Positions 8,688 through 19,111 of a stretch of 64,000 bases of DNA are shown here, piece after piece; position 1 is the first letter of the stretch; each line of letters begins with the position of its first letter. The DNA lies in the IMG/VR virus record IMGVR_UViG_3300045599_000077; one strand, written 5' to 3'. The notes beneath the pieces were generated by a model. The model saw nothing but the letters and a program-made list of their open reading frames with translations, had not been told where the DNA came from and did not search any database. Position numbers and translations under genes: made by a program. The stretch comes from an uncultured virus (IMG/VR IMGVR_UViG_3300045599_000077). Taxonomy: Duplodnaviria > Heunggongvirae > Uroviricota > Caudoviricetes.

Positions 8688-10622
8688 ATGAATTCTATTT
8701 CAATTGATATTGAAACATTTAGTAGTGCCAATCTTCAAAAATGTGGAGTCTACCGTTATGCCGAGAGTGATGATTTTGAAATTCTATTGTTTGGTTATTC
8801 GGTTGATGGCGGTGCAGTTCAGGTGGTCGATCTTGCCTGCGGAGAGAAAATCCCTAATGAAATAATCAATGCTCTTATGGATAATTCCGTTACCAAATGG
8901 GCCTTTAATGCTATGTTTGAGCGTGTTTGCCTATCAAAATGGCTTAACCTTACTGATTATCTTGACCCTACATCCTGGAAATGTTCAATGGTATGGTCGG
9001 CTTATATGGGACTTCCGCTTTCTCTTGAAGGTGTCGGTGCAGTCTTAGGATTGGAAAAACAAAAATTGACGGAAGGCAAAGACCTCATTAAATATTTCTG
9101 TACACCTTGCTCCCCTACTAAATCAAACGGAGGAAGAGTTCGTAATCTGCCAAAACACGATATTGATAAATGGGAGCAGTTTAAAGCATATAACCTCCGT
9201 GATGTGGAAGCCGAGATGTCAATACAGCAGAGACTATCAAAATTCCCGCTTCCAGAGAATATATGGTCAGAATATCATCTTGACCAGAAAATCAATGATC
9301 GCGGCATTGCCATTGACATGACTTTCGTAAAACAGGCTGTCGAGATGGATGAACATTCCCGTGAAAAGCTAATGGCTTTAATGCAGGATATAACCAATTT
9401 AGAGAATCCAAACTCTGTGCAACAAATGAAAGATTGGCTTGCTGATAATGGGTTAGAAACAGATTCCCTTGGTAAAAAAGCTGTTGCTGAGATGTTAAAG
9501 ACAGCACCTGAACCACTAGGAACTGTTTTGGAACTTCGTCAGCAACTTGCGAAATCATCGGTGAAAAAATACACGGCAATGGAGAATGCGGTTTGTAGTG
9601 ACGGTCGTGCAAGAGGAATGTTTCAATTTTACGGAGCCAATAGAACTGGCAGATTCTCTGGTAGGCTGATTCAACTGCAAAATCTCCCCCAAAACCATAT
9701 GTCTGATTTGGAACAGGCTCGTGCTTTAGTTCGAAGCGGAAACTTTGATGCTCTTAATTTACTCTATGATTCTATCCCAGAGGTACTATCAGAACTTATC
9801 CGTACTGCTTTTATACCGAGAGAGGGTATGAAGTTTATTGTTGCGGATTTTTCAGCGATTGAGGCTCGCGTCATTGCCTGGCTTGCAGGCGAAAAATGGA
9901 GAATAGAAGTTTTTCAAAATGGCGGTGACATTTACTGCGCCAGTGCCTCTCAGATGTTTAATGTACCTGTTGAAAAGCATGGTGTGAATGGGCATCTTCG
10001 TCAGAAAGGAAAAATTGCTGAACTTGCTCTCGGTTACGGAGGCTCTGTGGGAGCCTTAAAATCAATGGGTGCTTTGGAGATGGGAATTGAAGAAGAGGAA
10101 CTACAACCCCTTGTAACAGCTTGGAGACAGTCCAATCCCAATATCACAAAACTCTGGTGGAATGTTGACCGTGCAGTAAAAACTTGTGTTAAGCAAAAGA
10201 ATCCCACAGAGACACACGGCATTAAATTTATATATCAAAGCGGGATGCTCTTTATTGTTCTTCCTTCTGGCAGACGGCTTGCCTATGTAAAACCTCGTAT
10301 GGGAGAGAATATGTTTGGCGGTGAAGCGGTTACTTATGAAGGTGTCGGTGGAACGAAGAAATGGGAAAGAATCGAAAGCTACGGCCCAAAATTTGTAGAG
10401 AATATTGTTCAGGCAATCAGTCGTGACATTTTGTGTCATGCCATGCAGACATTAAAGCATTGTTCCATTGTGGCTCATGTACACGATGAAATTATCATCG
10501 AGGCGGAAATGGGTATGTCACTTTCTGCTATCTGTGAACAGATGGCAAGGACACCAAGATGGGCAAATGGTCTGTTACTTGATGCTGATGGCTATGAGTG
10601 TCAGTTTTATCAAAAAGATTAA
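8688..10622 (+). CDS. Phage family A DNA polymerase with 3'-5' exonuclease
   Basis: IDIET exo I, ADFSAIEAR motif A, RQKGKIAELALGYG motif B, HVHDE motif C. Confidence 0.92.
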   Translation: MNSISIDIETFSSANLQKCGVYRYAESDDFEILLFGYSVDGGAVQVVDLACGEKIPNEIINALMDNSVTKWAFNAMFERVCLSKWLNLTDYLDPTSWKCSMVWSAYMGLPLSLEGVGAVLGLEKQKLTEGKDLIKYFCTPCSPTKSNGGRVRNLPKHDIDKWEQFKAYNLRDVEAEMSIQQRLSKFPLPENIWSEYHLDQKINDRGIAIDMTFVKQAVEMDEHSREKLMALMQDITNLENPNSVQQMKDWLADNGLETDSLGKKAVAEMLKTAPEPLGTVLELRQQLAKSSVKKYTAMENAVCSDGRARGMFQFYGANRTGRFSGRLIQLQNLPQNHMSDLEQARALVRSGNFDALNLLYDSIPEVLSELIRTAFIPREGMKFIVADFSAIEARVIAWLAGEKWRIEVFQNGGDIYCASASQMFNVPVEKHGVNGHLRQKGKIAELALGYGGSVGALKSMGALEMGIEEEELQPLVTAWRQSNPNITKLWWNVDRAVKTCVKQKNPTETHGIKFIYQSGMLFIVLPSGRRLAYVKPRMGENMFGGEAVTYEGVGGTKKWERIESYGPKFVENIVQAISRDILCHAMQTLKHCSIVAHVHDEIIIEAEMGMSLSAICEQMARTPRWANGLLLDADGYECQFYQKD

Positions 10623-10636
10623 ATAAATTTTTTCAA

Positions 10637-10679
10637 AATCCTCAACAATCATTACCTCCTGTGGCTATTAGGTAGAGGG
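10637..10679 (+). promoter_or_regulatory. Phage-specific promoter motif copy 2
   Basis: AATCCTCAAC-N16-GGCTATTAGGTAGAGGG. Confidence 0.7.
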
Positions 10680-10715
10680 GTTTCCTCTCTGACTATATTA
10701 CAGGAGGTAATTCGT

Positions 10716-11468
10716 ATGGACGAATTAATTAGAATTAACTATGAAAATCAACGACCAACCGTACTCGGTCGTGATTTACATGAAGCCTTGGAAGTAAAGA
10801 CCGCTTATAAAGACTGGTTTCCAAGAATGTGTGAGTACGGATTTGAGGAAGGGTCAGACTTTAGCTCATTTTTGAGCGAAAGCACTGGTGGCAGACCAAG
10901 AATAGACCATCAGTTAACCATTGATATGGCAAAAGAGCTATGCATGATACAGCGTACTCCAAAAGGGAAACAATGCCGCGGGTACTTTCTTGAAATAGAA
11001 AGAAGATGGAATTCCCCAGAGGCAATCATGGCAAGGGCACTTCAGATTGCCAACCAACAGCTAACTCAAGTAAGGAATCAAAATAAAATGCTTGAAGGTA
11101 CGATTGCTGTTCAGAATCAGCAAATTGCAGAAATGAAACCGAAAGTCTCTTATTACGATGTGGTTTTAAATTGTAAAGACCTCATTTCCACATCAGCAAT
11201 TGCGAAAGATTACGGCAAGTCAGCTATTTGGATGAACCGCTATCTTAATAAAAAGGGCATCCAGTTTAAGCAAGGTGGTCTCTGGCTTTTATATCAGAAG
11301 TATGCGGAAAAAGGTTACACCAGTACTAAGACACATAGCTACCTTGGTAGTAACGGTGAACAGCATACAAAGGTCCATACATATTGGACTCAAAAAGGCA
11401 GACTCTTCATTTACGAACTGATGAAGGCAGACGGTATTTTGCCGCAGATAGAAATGGAGGGTGTGTAA
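10716..11468 (+). CDS. Antirepressor (AntA N-term + KilAC/ANT C-term)
   Basis: GRDLHEALEV, DMAKELCM, KPKVSYYD, WTQKGRLFIY. Confidence 0.85.
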   Translation: MDELIRINYENQRPTVLGRDLHEALEVKTAYKDWFPRMCEYGFEEGSDFSSFLSESTGGRPRIDHQLTIDMAKELCMIQRTPKGKQCRGYFLEIERRWNSPEAIMARALQIANQQLTQVRNQNKMLEGTIAVQNQQIAEMKPKVSYYDVVLNCKDLISTSAIAKDYGKSAIWMNRYLNKKGIQFKQGGLWLLYQKYAEKGYTSTKTHSYLGSNGEQHTKVHTYWTQKGRLFIYELMKADGILPQIEMEGV

Positions 11469-11902
11469 TGGGAATCAACAAATTCAATCATGAAGGGTAC
11501 CATGACCCAACTCCCCATGAAGCACTGACCAACATAATGAAAAAGGAAAAGGCAGAGAAAAAATCTGCCTTTAAGCCGCTTGTGTATATCTGTTCTCCCT
11601 ATTCAGGTGATGTAGAAGAAAACGTTAAAAAGGCTCGTAGCTTTTGCAGGTTTGCCTTGGAAAGTAACTGTATTCCAATTGCTCCCCACCTTATGTTTCC
11701 GCAGTTTATGAATGATGAAAACCCAGAGGAACGGGAGCTTGCCATATTCATGGACATTGTGCTCATGGGCAAATGCTCCGAGGTGTGGGTGCTAGGCAAT
11801 ACCATCTCAAGCGGTATGGCAAGGGAGATTGAAGTAGCCAAGAAACGCAGACAAACGGTCAGATATTTTAGTCCGGAGCATGAGGAGGTGGAAAGTTTAT
11901 GA
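11468..11902 (+). CDS. DUF4406-like / nucleoside deoxyribosyltransferase-fold protein
   Basis: VYICSPYSG, APHLMFP, SSGMAREI. Confidence 0.7.
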   Translation: MGINKFNHEGYHDPTPHEALTNIMKKEKAEKKSAFKPLVYICSPYSGDVEENVKKARSFCRFALESNCIPIAPHLMFPQFMNDENPEERELAIFMDIVLMGKCSEVWVLGNTISSGMAREIEVAKKRRQTVRYFSPEHEEVESL

Positions 11903-14265
11903 AAATTGCAGTGGGCAATAGCCGGATGGACAGGAAATGGAAAAACAAAGATATCTCCTGGGAGGATTTTTGTTCCCGTGTAAAGACAACACAACGTACC
12001 ACAGAAACGGTAGAAGAATATCGGAAACTTAAAAAAGGTCAACAAGATAATATCAAAGACGTGGGTGGCTTTGTCGGAGGACATTTGAAAGAAGGAAGGC
12101 GAAAGAAGGGCAATGTTCTATGTCGCTCTTTGCTTACCCTTGATATGGATTACGGTAGACCGGATATTTGGGAGCAAATCAGTATGCTTTTCGACTACAA
12201 ATGCTGTGTTTACTCCACTCATAAACATACACCAGAAAATCCGAGACTCAGACTTATCGTTCCCCTTGCTCGTGAGATCAGTGAAGAAGAATATGCAGCC
12301 GTTGGACGTATGGTGGCAAAAGAAATCGGTATTGACCTTTTCGATGATACGACATATGAAGCTCATCGCCTTATGTATTGGCCATCTACTTCCTCTAATG
12401 GTGAATTTGTCTACGAAGAGCAGGATGGAGCATTACTTGACCCGGATGTTTATCTTTCAAAATATGAAAACTGGCGAGATACATCAACTTGGCCCGTATC
12501 AAGCAGGCAGTCTGAAGTTATTAATCGCAGTCTTAAAGATCAAGCAGATCCGCTTTCAAAGGAAGGTGTGGTAGGAACTTTCTGTCGCTCCTATTCCGTT
12601 CGTGAAGCAATCGATAAATTTTTAGGTGCAGTTTATGAACCATCTGCTATGGAAGGTCGATATGACTATATTCCAGCTGACAGTAGTGCGGGTGTGATTA
12701 TCTATGATGATAAATTTGCATACAGCCACCATGCTACTGACCCAGCAAGCGGCCTGCTTCTTAATGCTTTTGATCTCGTTCGTATTCATAAATTCGGCTC
12801 TTTAGATGATAGAGCTTCCACTACTACGGCTCCTGGCAGGATGCCGTCTTTTGTGGCAATGTGCGAGTTTGCTATAAAAGATGAAGCGGTAAAAGCTGAG
12901 TTCGCAAAGGAGAGACAGGCTCAGGCTGAAGAGGAGTTTAGTGCTGAGGATTGGCAGACAGGTTTGGAACTGGATAAGCAAGGTCGGATAAAAGACACAT
13001 TGGATAACATTGTCTTGATTATTCGGCATGATGAGGAATTACAACATATCGCTTTCAATTGCCACCGTGATGGGATCGATGCCAAAGGTGGTCTGCCTTG
13101 GGAACAGATCAAGGCTGGTTGGAATGATTCGGATAACGCGCTTCTTAAGGTGTACTTAAGCAGTAAATACGGAGTCTACTCCCCTACCAAGACCAAAGAT
13201 GCTGTGTTAGCTGTAGCGTCAGAACGAGCCTACCACCCTGTTAAGGAGTATCTCGACTCACTGCCAAAATGGGATGGTATTAGTCGAGTAGAAAATCTAC
13301 TCATTGATTATTTCGGTGCAACAGATAATTCCTACACAAAGGCAATTATTCGCAAAACGATGGTTGCAGCGGTAGCCCGTATTTATAGACCAGGCACAAA
13401 GTTTGATAGTGTTCTTATCTTAAATGGTCCTCAAGGCATCGGTAAATCAACCTTCTTTGCTAAGCTTGCCGGAGATTGGTTTTCAGACAGTTTGACCATT
13501 ACGGACATGAAAGATAAATCAGGTGCTGAAAAACTTCAAGGATATTGGTTGTTGGAACTCGGTGAGCTTGCAGGAATGCGTAAGACGGATGTGGAGATTG
13601 TGAAGTCCTTTATTTCGAGGGCTGATGATAAGTACCGTGCCAGTTATGGTGTCAACGTGGAAAGCCATCCCCGTCAATGCGTAATTGTAGGTTCTACCAA
13701 TGCAGAAAGCGGATTTCTTCGGGATATTACAGGCAACCGCAGATTCTGGCCAGTCCGTATTAGCGGAAACAGTAAAAAGAAAGCTTGGCAGATGACCAAA
13801 GAGGAAGTACAGCAGATTTGGGCAGAGACACTAGAGCTTTATGAGAAGGGAGAAAAACTCTACCTTGAAGGTGAAGATGCATCCATGGCAACTAGTGAGC
13901 AGGCAGATGCCATGGAAACAGATGAACGAGAAGGATTGGTTCGTACCTATCTCGATACTCTTTTGCCGGATGATTGGGACACTATGTCTTTATACGAGCG
14001 TAGAAATTTCCTCGGCGGTAGCGAATTTGGCGGCGGCACCCGTGTTGGAACAGTAAAAAGAACCCTTGTCTGCAATATGGAGATTTGGTGTGAATGTTTT
14101 GGAAAAGATGCATCCTCAATGAGAACATCTGATTCTTATGCCATCGGTGCCATTATGAGAAAGATCAGTGGGTGGAACAAGTACACCGGGAACAAGAACG
14201 GAACAATCAATTTTCCTATCTATGGAAAGCAACGAGCTTATTCCCGAACCGGGGAACAAAGCTAG
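11899..14265 (+). CDS. Primase-helicase, VirE/VapE family
   Basis: N-terminal AEP-like DMD/HTP motifs; GPQGIGKST, ELGEL, TGNRRFWPV. Confidence 0.88.
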   Translation: MKIAVGNSRMDRKWKNKDISWEDFCSRVKTTQRTTETVEEYRKLKKGQQDNIKDVGGFVGGHLKEGRRKKGNVLCRSLLTLDMDYGRPDIWEQISMLFDYKCCVYSTHKHTPENPRLRLIVPLAREISEEEYAAVGRMVAKEIGIDLFDDTTYEAHRLMYWPSTSSNGEFVYEEQDGALLDPDVYLSKYENWRDTSTWPVSSRQSEVINRSLKDQADPLSKEGVVGTFCRSYSVREAIDKFLGAVYEPSAMEGRYDYIPADSSAGVIIYDDKFAYSHHATDPASGLLLNAFDLVRIHKFGSLDDRASTTTAPGRMPSFVAMCEFAIKDEAVKAEFAKERQAQAEEEFSAEDWQTGLELDKQGRIKDTLDNIVLIIRHDEELQHIAFNCHRDGIDAKGGLPWEQIKAGWNDSDNALLKVYLSSKYGVYSPTKTKDAVLAVASERAYHPVKEYLDSLPKWDGISRVENLLIDYFGATDNSYTKAIIRKTMVAAVARIYRPGTKFDSVLILNGPQGIGKSTFFAKLAGDWFSDSLTITDMKDKSGAEKLQGYWLLELGELAGMRKTDVEIVKSFISRADDKYRASYGVNVESHPRQCVIVGSTNAESGFLRDITGNRRFWPVRISGNSKKKAWQMTKEEVQQIWAETLELYEKGEKLYLEGEDASMATSEQADAMETDEREGLVRTYLDTLLPDDWDTMSLYERRNFLGGSEFGGGTRVGTVKRTLVCNMEIWCECFGKDASSMRTSDSYAIGAIMRKISGWNKYTGNKNGTINFPIYGKQRAYSRTGEQS

Positions 14266-14460
14266 TTGTACCTTACCTTGTTCTCATACTGGTTCTTTCC
14301 CCAAAGCTAGTAATCAAAAGGAAAATCTACGGTTCGGAACAAGTGGAACAAGAAGTATCCTATTTATTTATAAATAGTAAAAAAGAAGAAAGTGTAGCCT
14401 GTGCATACACGCATACGCGCGCGTATAGGAAAAATGGGTCAAAGTTGTTTTCTTGTTCCG
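14174..14460. repeat. GGAACAA iterons and palindromes, putative replication origin
   Basis: GGAACAA at 14174, 14189, 14200, 14253, 14336, 14345; inverted CTTGTTC at 14277 and 14452; ATACGCGCGCGTAT at 14413-14426. Confidence 0.45.
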
Positions 14461-14484
14461 AGCCTTTTTATATGGGAGGTATTT

Positions 14485-14766
14485 ATGCTTGAAAAATATA
14501 TCGAAAAGAAACTGGTGGCTGAGGTAAAAAAGATGGGAGGCATTGCAGCAAAGTTTATTAGCCCAGGTTTGGATGGGATGCCAGACCGCCTAGTGCTTTT
14601 ACCACTTGGAAAGATGGCATTTGTGGAATTAAAGGCTCCCAGAAAGAAACCTCGTCCACTACAGATTAGAAGAATAAAGCAATTACAAAAATTAGGCTTT
14701 ACCTGCTATGTCATTGATGATGTTCAGCAGATTGGAGGGATACTGAGTGAAATACAATCCTCATAA
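14485..14766 (+). CDS. VRR-NUC domain nuclease
   Basis: GMPDRLV...FVELKAP...RPLQ; GGGAGG RBS. Confidence 0.85.
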   Translation: MLEKYIEKKLVAEVKKMGGIAAKFISPGLDGMPDRLVLLPLGKMAFVELKAPRKKPRPLQIRRIKQLQKLGFTCYVIDDVQQIGGILSEIQSS

Positions 14767-16108
14767 ATATCAGACCTATGCTACGAATTTCATACTTGAG
14801 CATCCCATAGCAGCGGTGTTTTTAGAGATGGGTCTTGGCAAAAGCGTAATCACTTTAACTGCTATATTTGATTTATGTCTTGATAGTTTTGAAATTGGAA
14901 AGGTTCTGGTCATTGCCCCTCTAAGGGTAGCAAGGGATACTTGGCCAGCTGAGATAAACAAATGGGAGCATTTAAAAGGACTGGAGTATTCAGTGGCTAT
15001 TGGAACAGAACAGGAGCGGTTAGCAGCTCTTAGGAAACCAGCAAGTGTCTATCTTATAAACAGAGAAAATGTTGACTGGTTAGTAAACAAAAGTGGCATT
15101 CCTTTTGATTATGACATGGTGGTAATTGATGAATTGTCATCTTTTAAGTCCTATGGAGCAAAAAGATTTAAGAGTTTACTAAAAGTCAGACCTAGGGCAA
15201 AACGTATCGTGGGTCTTACAGGTACTCCATCCAGTAACGGGTTAATGGATTTGTGGGCAGAGTTTCGTATTCTCGACATGGGTAAAAGACTCGGCAGATA
15301 CATAACTCACTACCGCAATTCCTTCTTTACTCCAGATAAACGTAATCAGCAGATTGTATTTTCATATAAACCGTTACCTGGGGCAGAGGATGCCATATAT
15401 CGACTAATTTCAGATATTACCATTTCAATGAAATCGGTTGATTTTCTAAAAATGCCAGAATGCGTGATAAATGAAGTGTCGGTGTATCTAAATGATAAAG
15501 AACAATCCGTATATGATCACTTTCGTGAAGAGATGGTTCTTGAGCTTGCCAATGAGGAGATTGATGCCATGAATGCAGCAGTCCTTTCTGGCAAACTCCT
15601 GCAAATGGCAAACGGTGCTGTCTATGATGATGATAAAAATACTCATATTATCCATGACCGCAAGCTGGATACTCTTGAAGATTTAATCGAAGGTGCAAAC
15701 GGCAAACCTGTTCTTATTGCATATTGGTATAATCACGATTTAGAGCGTATTAAAGCAAGATTTAATGTTAGAGAAATTAAAACATCCAAGGATATCAAGG
15801 ACTGGAACAACGGTGATATTTCTGTGGCGGTTATCCATCCTGCATCAGCAGGACACGGTCTCAACTTACAAAGTGGTGGTTCAACACTTATTTGGTTTGG
15901 TCTTACCTGGAGTCTAGAACTCTATCAGCAAACAAATGCAAGACTTTGGAGACAAGGACAAAATGAAACCGTAGTTATCCATCACATTATTACAAAAGGC
16001 ACGATTGATGAAGATGTGATGAGGGCCTTGAAACGAAAGGAAAAGACACAATCCGATCTTATCAATGCGGTCAAAGCAAATCTTGGGAAAGCGAGGGGTG
16101 TTGTATGA
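14747..16108 (+). CDS. Phage SNF2-like helicase
   Basis: MGLGKS, DELS, LTGTP, GHGLNLQ, QTNARLWRQGQ. Confidence 0.88.
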   Translation: MKYNPHKYQTYATNFILEHPIAAVFLEMGLGKSVITLTAIFDLCLDSFEIGKVLVIAPLRVARDTWPAEINKWEHLKGLEYSVAIGTEQERLAALRKPASVYLINRENVDWLVNKSGIPFDYDMVVIDELSSFKSYGAKRFKSLLKVRPRAKRIVGLTGTPSSNGLMDLWAEFRILDMGKRLGRYITHYRNSFFTPDKRNQQIVFSYKPLPGAEDAIYRLISDITISMKSVDFLKMPECVINEVSVYLNDKEQSVYDHFREEMVLELANEEIDAMNAAVLSGKLLQMANGAVYDDDKNTHIIHDRKLDTLEDLIEGANGKPVLIAYWYNHDLERIKARFNVREIKTSKDIKDWNNGDISVAVIHPASAGHGLNLQSGGSTLIWFGLTWSLELYQQTNARLWRQGQNETVVIHHIITKGTIDEDVMRALKRKEKTQSDLINAVKANLGKARGVV

Positions 16109-16326
16109 TGGATGCTTTTGAGAAACTTGCAAATGCCATTATTCTACAGGCAGTCAAGGATTATCGTTTTGCTCTGAAAAGACTAGCAAAACACCCTCGC
16201 AATAATTCTGCTTTATATACGAAACGTGAGGTGGAGTGCTTCTTTCATTCTGAATTGTTCAATGTCCTCATCTCTCTAAACCCTGACATGTTAATCCAAC
16301 AGCTACAAGAGGAGGTGGTGCGATGA
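16105..16326 (+). CDS. Phage hypothetical protein
   Basis: LANAIILQAVKDY; translationally coupled to neighbours. Confidence 0.7.
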   Translation: MMDAFEKLANAIILQAVKDYRFALKRLAKHPRNNSALYTKREVECFFHSELFNVLISLNPDMLIQQLQEEVVR

Positions 16327-16736
16327 TGACAGCTAAGGAATTCTTAAAGCAGGCCTATCGTCTGAATGAATTGATTAATTCCGACCTTGAAGAGTTACAA
16401 AACTTAAGGGAACTATCAAGAAGTGTTTCATCCACCGTTCTTGAGGAAAAAGTCAGTCGAACCAAGTGTACTGACCCACCCTTTGAAAAGTATGTGATTA
16501 GAATAGTAGATTTGGAGCAACAGATACAACAAGAGGTGGAACGATTAATAAAGCTGAAATCAGATATTCGTGAAGCAATTAACCAGATGGAAAATGTGGA
16601 TGAGAAGCTGCTTCTTCGCTACCGATACATTAACTTTCTTAACTGGGAAGAAATCTGTGTCAACCTTAATGTTTCTATGAGAACCGTGCATAGACTCCAT
16701 TCATCTGCTTTGCAACATTTAAAGGTACCTAAATAA
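16323..16736 (+). CDS. RinA/ArpU-like late transcription activator
   Basis: TAKEFLKQ...LRYRYI...WEEICVNLNVSMRTVHRLHSSAL; located just before packaging genes. Confidence 0.75.
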   Translation: MMTAKEFLKQAYRLNELINSDLEELQNLRELSRSVSSTVLEEKVSRTKCTDPPFEKYVIRIVDLEQQIQQEVERLIKLKSDIREAINQMENVDEKLLLRYRYINFLNWEEICVNLNVSMRTVHRLHSSALQHLKVPK

Positions 16737-16740
16737 AAAT

Positions 16741-16804
16741 TGGCACACTGTGGCACAGTTTGGCATACGTTGACACTGTTTGTCCGTAGTGAAAGTTATA
16801 TAAT
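16741..16804 (+). promoter_or_regulatory. Late promoter with four 10-bp direct repeats
   Basis: TGGCACACTG TGGCACAGTT TGGCATACGT TGACACTGTT then TATAAT at 16799. Confidence 0.65.
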
Positions 16805-16831
16805 GGTAGTATGGAATATTAGAAAAAACAG

Positions 16832-16869
16832 AAGCCTTCACGGGAGCATCTCTCCTGCGAGGGCTTTTT
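16832..16869 (+). terminator. Terminator-like hairpin in late leader
   Basis: AAGCCTTCACGGGAG...CTCCTGCGAGGGCTTTTT. Confidence 0.55.
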
Positions 16870-16892
16870 CTATGGGCAAAAGGAGGTGCAGT

Positions 16893-17252
16893 ATGCCAAA
16901 AAAACCTAAGCGACCGTGCTCTTACCCTGGTTGCCCAGAGCTAACCGACAAGCGCTTTTGTGAAGAGCATAGCAAGAAGGAAGCCGCACGGTATGAAAAG
17001 TATGACCGTGACCCAGCAACCCGTAAGCGTTATGGTCGTGCTTGGAAAAGGATACGTGACCGCTACATCGCAGCTCATCCTCTTTGTGAGGAATGCGAAC
17101 GACAAGGGAAGCTGACCCCAGCAAATGAAGTCCATCACATTCTTCCTCTTTCAAGAGGTGGAACCCACGATAGAAGTAATCTGATGGCTCTTTGTACTCC
17201 TTGCCACTCTGCAATCACTGCAAGAGATGGAGACCGTTGGGGAACCCGGTAG
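16893..17252 (+). CDS. Packaging-associated HNH endonuclease
   Basis: PLCEEC, VHHILPLSRGG, NLMALCTPCH; AGGAGGTG RBS. Confidence 0.88.
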   Translation: MPKKPKRPCSYPGCPELTDKRFCEEHSKKEAARYEKYDRDPATRKRYGRAWKRIRDRYIAAHPLCEECERQGKLTPANEVHHILPLSRGGTHDRSNLMALCTPCHSAITARDGDRWGTR

Positions 17253-17363
17253 GGGGAGTCAAATCTCTACAGCTTTTTCTTTGTGTAACGGGCGTGGGGT
17301 AACGCGTGAAAATTCGCGGTTTCAAACAGGGTAATAGGCCCATCGACGAAAAGAGGTGAGTGA

Positions 17364-17915
17364 ATGGCCAAAGATGGAACAAATCGTGGCGGCGCCCGTA
17401 TAGGCTCCGGTCAAAAGAAGAAGCCACTTGCTGACAAAATTGCAGAGGGAAATCCCGGTAAAAGAAAGCTTGAAGTCGTTGAGTTCCAAAATACCGCTGA
17501 CCTGAAGGGGCAGGAAATGCCAAAGCCAATGGCCATGCTCTCCGCAGTGCAAAAGGATGGAAAAACCCTAGTAGCGAGTGAAATATATGAAATTACATGG
17601 AAATGGCTTGAGGAACGTGGCTGTGCCCATTTGGTACTTCCACAGCTTCTAGAGCGATATGCCATGAGTGCGGCCAGATGGATACAGTGTGAGGAGGCGG
17701 TAACTGAGTTTGGCTTTCTAGCCAAGCACCCAACCACCGGCAATGCTATTCAAAGTCCTTATGTAGCAATGAGTCAGAACTTTATGAGTCAGACAAACAG
17801 GCTATGGATGGAGATATATCAAATCGTTAGAGAGAACTGTGCTACAGAGTATTCTGGTTTAAACCCACAGGACGATGTGATGGAGCGACTGCTATCTGCC
17901 CGCAGAGGAAAATAA
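17364..17915 (+). CDS. Terminase small subunit (P27 family)
   Basis: RGGARIGSGQKK, GNPGKR, QSPYV; follows HNH. Confidence 0.8.
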   Translation: MAKDGTNRGGARIGSGQKKKPLADKIAEGNPGKRKLEVVEFQNTADLKGQEMPKPMAMLSAVQKDGKTLVASEIYEITWKWLEERGCAHLVLPQLLERYAMSAARWIQCEEAVTEFGFLAKHPTTGNAIQSPYVAMSQNFMSQTNRLWMEIYQIVRENCATEYSGLNPQDDVMERLLSARRGK

Positions 17916-17935
17916 AGATGAGGAGATATGATGTA

Positions 17936-19111
17936 ATGAGTAAAAGATATTTAACAGCAGAAAGTGTATGTGCTGGACATCCTGACAAACTATGCGACAT
18001 CATAGCAGATAGCATTTTGGAAGCTTGCTTACGTAAACATAGGGCATCAAGGGTGGCTTGCGAGGTTATGGCGACTAAAGGAAAAATTATCGTGGCGGGC
18101 GAGATCTCCTGCAGCGAGAAAGTGAACATTAGAGACATTGTAAAAACTGTACTGAAAGATGTGGGATACAATCCTCTAAAATTTTTGATTTATGTATATG
18201 TACATAATCAAAGTGTAGATATTGCGGCTGGTGTGAATACCGCACTAGAAGCACGAAATGGAATAAATGAACAGTACGGTTCAATAGGTGCCGGAGACCA
18301 GGGAACTATGTATGGTTATGCTACAAAGGAAACAAGAGAAATGCTTCCTCTCCCTCTTGTACTGTCTCACAGAATCGTAAAGAGACTGGATGATTGTCGC
18401 AAAGGAAAGCTGATCAAAGGGATTCTTCCCGATGGTAAAGCACAGGTAACAGTAGAATATGAGGACGACACTCCAGTGAGAATAAAGACGATTGTGATTT
18501 CTGTGCAGCATGATAAGAATAAAACACAGGAAGAACTTAAGGCGGATATTCTTAACAATGTCTTATGGCAATGCTTTGAGGATTTCCCTTTTGGTGATGA
18601 AACAGAACTTCTCGTCAATCCATCTGGTCAGTTCGTTCTTGGTGGCCCCGCTGCCGATACGGGTTTGACCGGAAGAAAAATCATGGTCGACACCTATGGA
18701 GGGCTTGCATCTCATGGAGGTGGTGCTCTTTGTGGTAAAGACCCAACCAAAGTTGACCGAAGCGGTGCTTACATGGCTCGGTATATTGCCAAGCATATTG
18801 TTTGGTGTGGTTATGCAAAGAAGTGTGAAGTGAGTATTTCCTATGCCATTGGTAAGGCAAATCCGGTAGCCTTTACTGTAAATACCCTTGGAACTGGAAC
18901 TGTTTCTGATGAAATATTAACTATTGCAGCTCAGGAGACTTTCAACTTAAGACCTGCAGCCATCATTGAAAAGCTGCGTCTTAGAAATGTGATTTACTCT
19001 GACACCGCGGCTTATGGTCACTTTAATAGTTGTCTGTTCCCGTGGGAGGATGTAAATAAATACAGTGAATTTAGAAAGGCGGTGGAAAAGTATGTTGATA
19101 GAGAAGATTAA
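17936..19111 (+). CDS. metK: S-adenosylmethionine synthetase
   Basis: AESVCAGHPDK, GAGDQG, DGKAQV, GGGALCGKDPTKVDRS. Confidence 0.93.
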   Translation: MSKRYLTAESVCAGHPDKLCDIIADSILEACLRKHRASRVACEVMATKGKIIVAGEISCSEKVNIRDIVKTVLKDVGYNPLKFLIYVYVHNQSVDIAAGVNTALEARNGINEQYGSIGAGDQGTMYGYATKETREMLPLPLVLSHRIVKRLDDCRKGKLIKGILPDGKAQVTVEYEDDTPVRIKTIVISVQHDKNKTQEELKADILNNVLWQCFEDFPFGDETELLVNPSGQFVLGGPAADTGLTGRKIMVDTYGGLASHGGGALCGKDPTKVDRSGAYMARYIAKHIVWCGYAKKCEVSISYAIGKANPVAFTVNTLGTGTVSDEILTIAAQETFNLRPAAIIEKLRLRNVIYSDTAAYGHFNSCLFPWEDVNKYSEFRKAVEKYVDRED

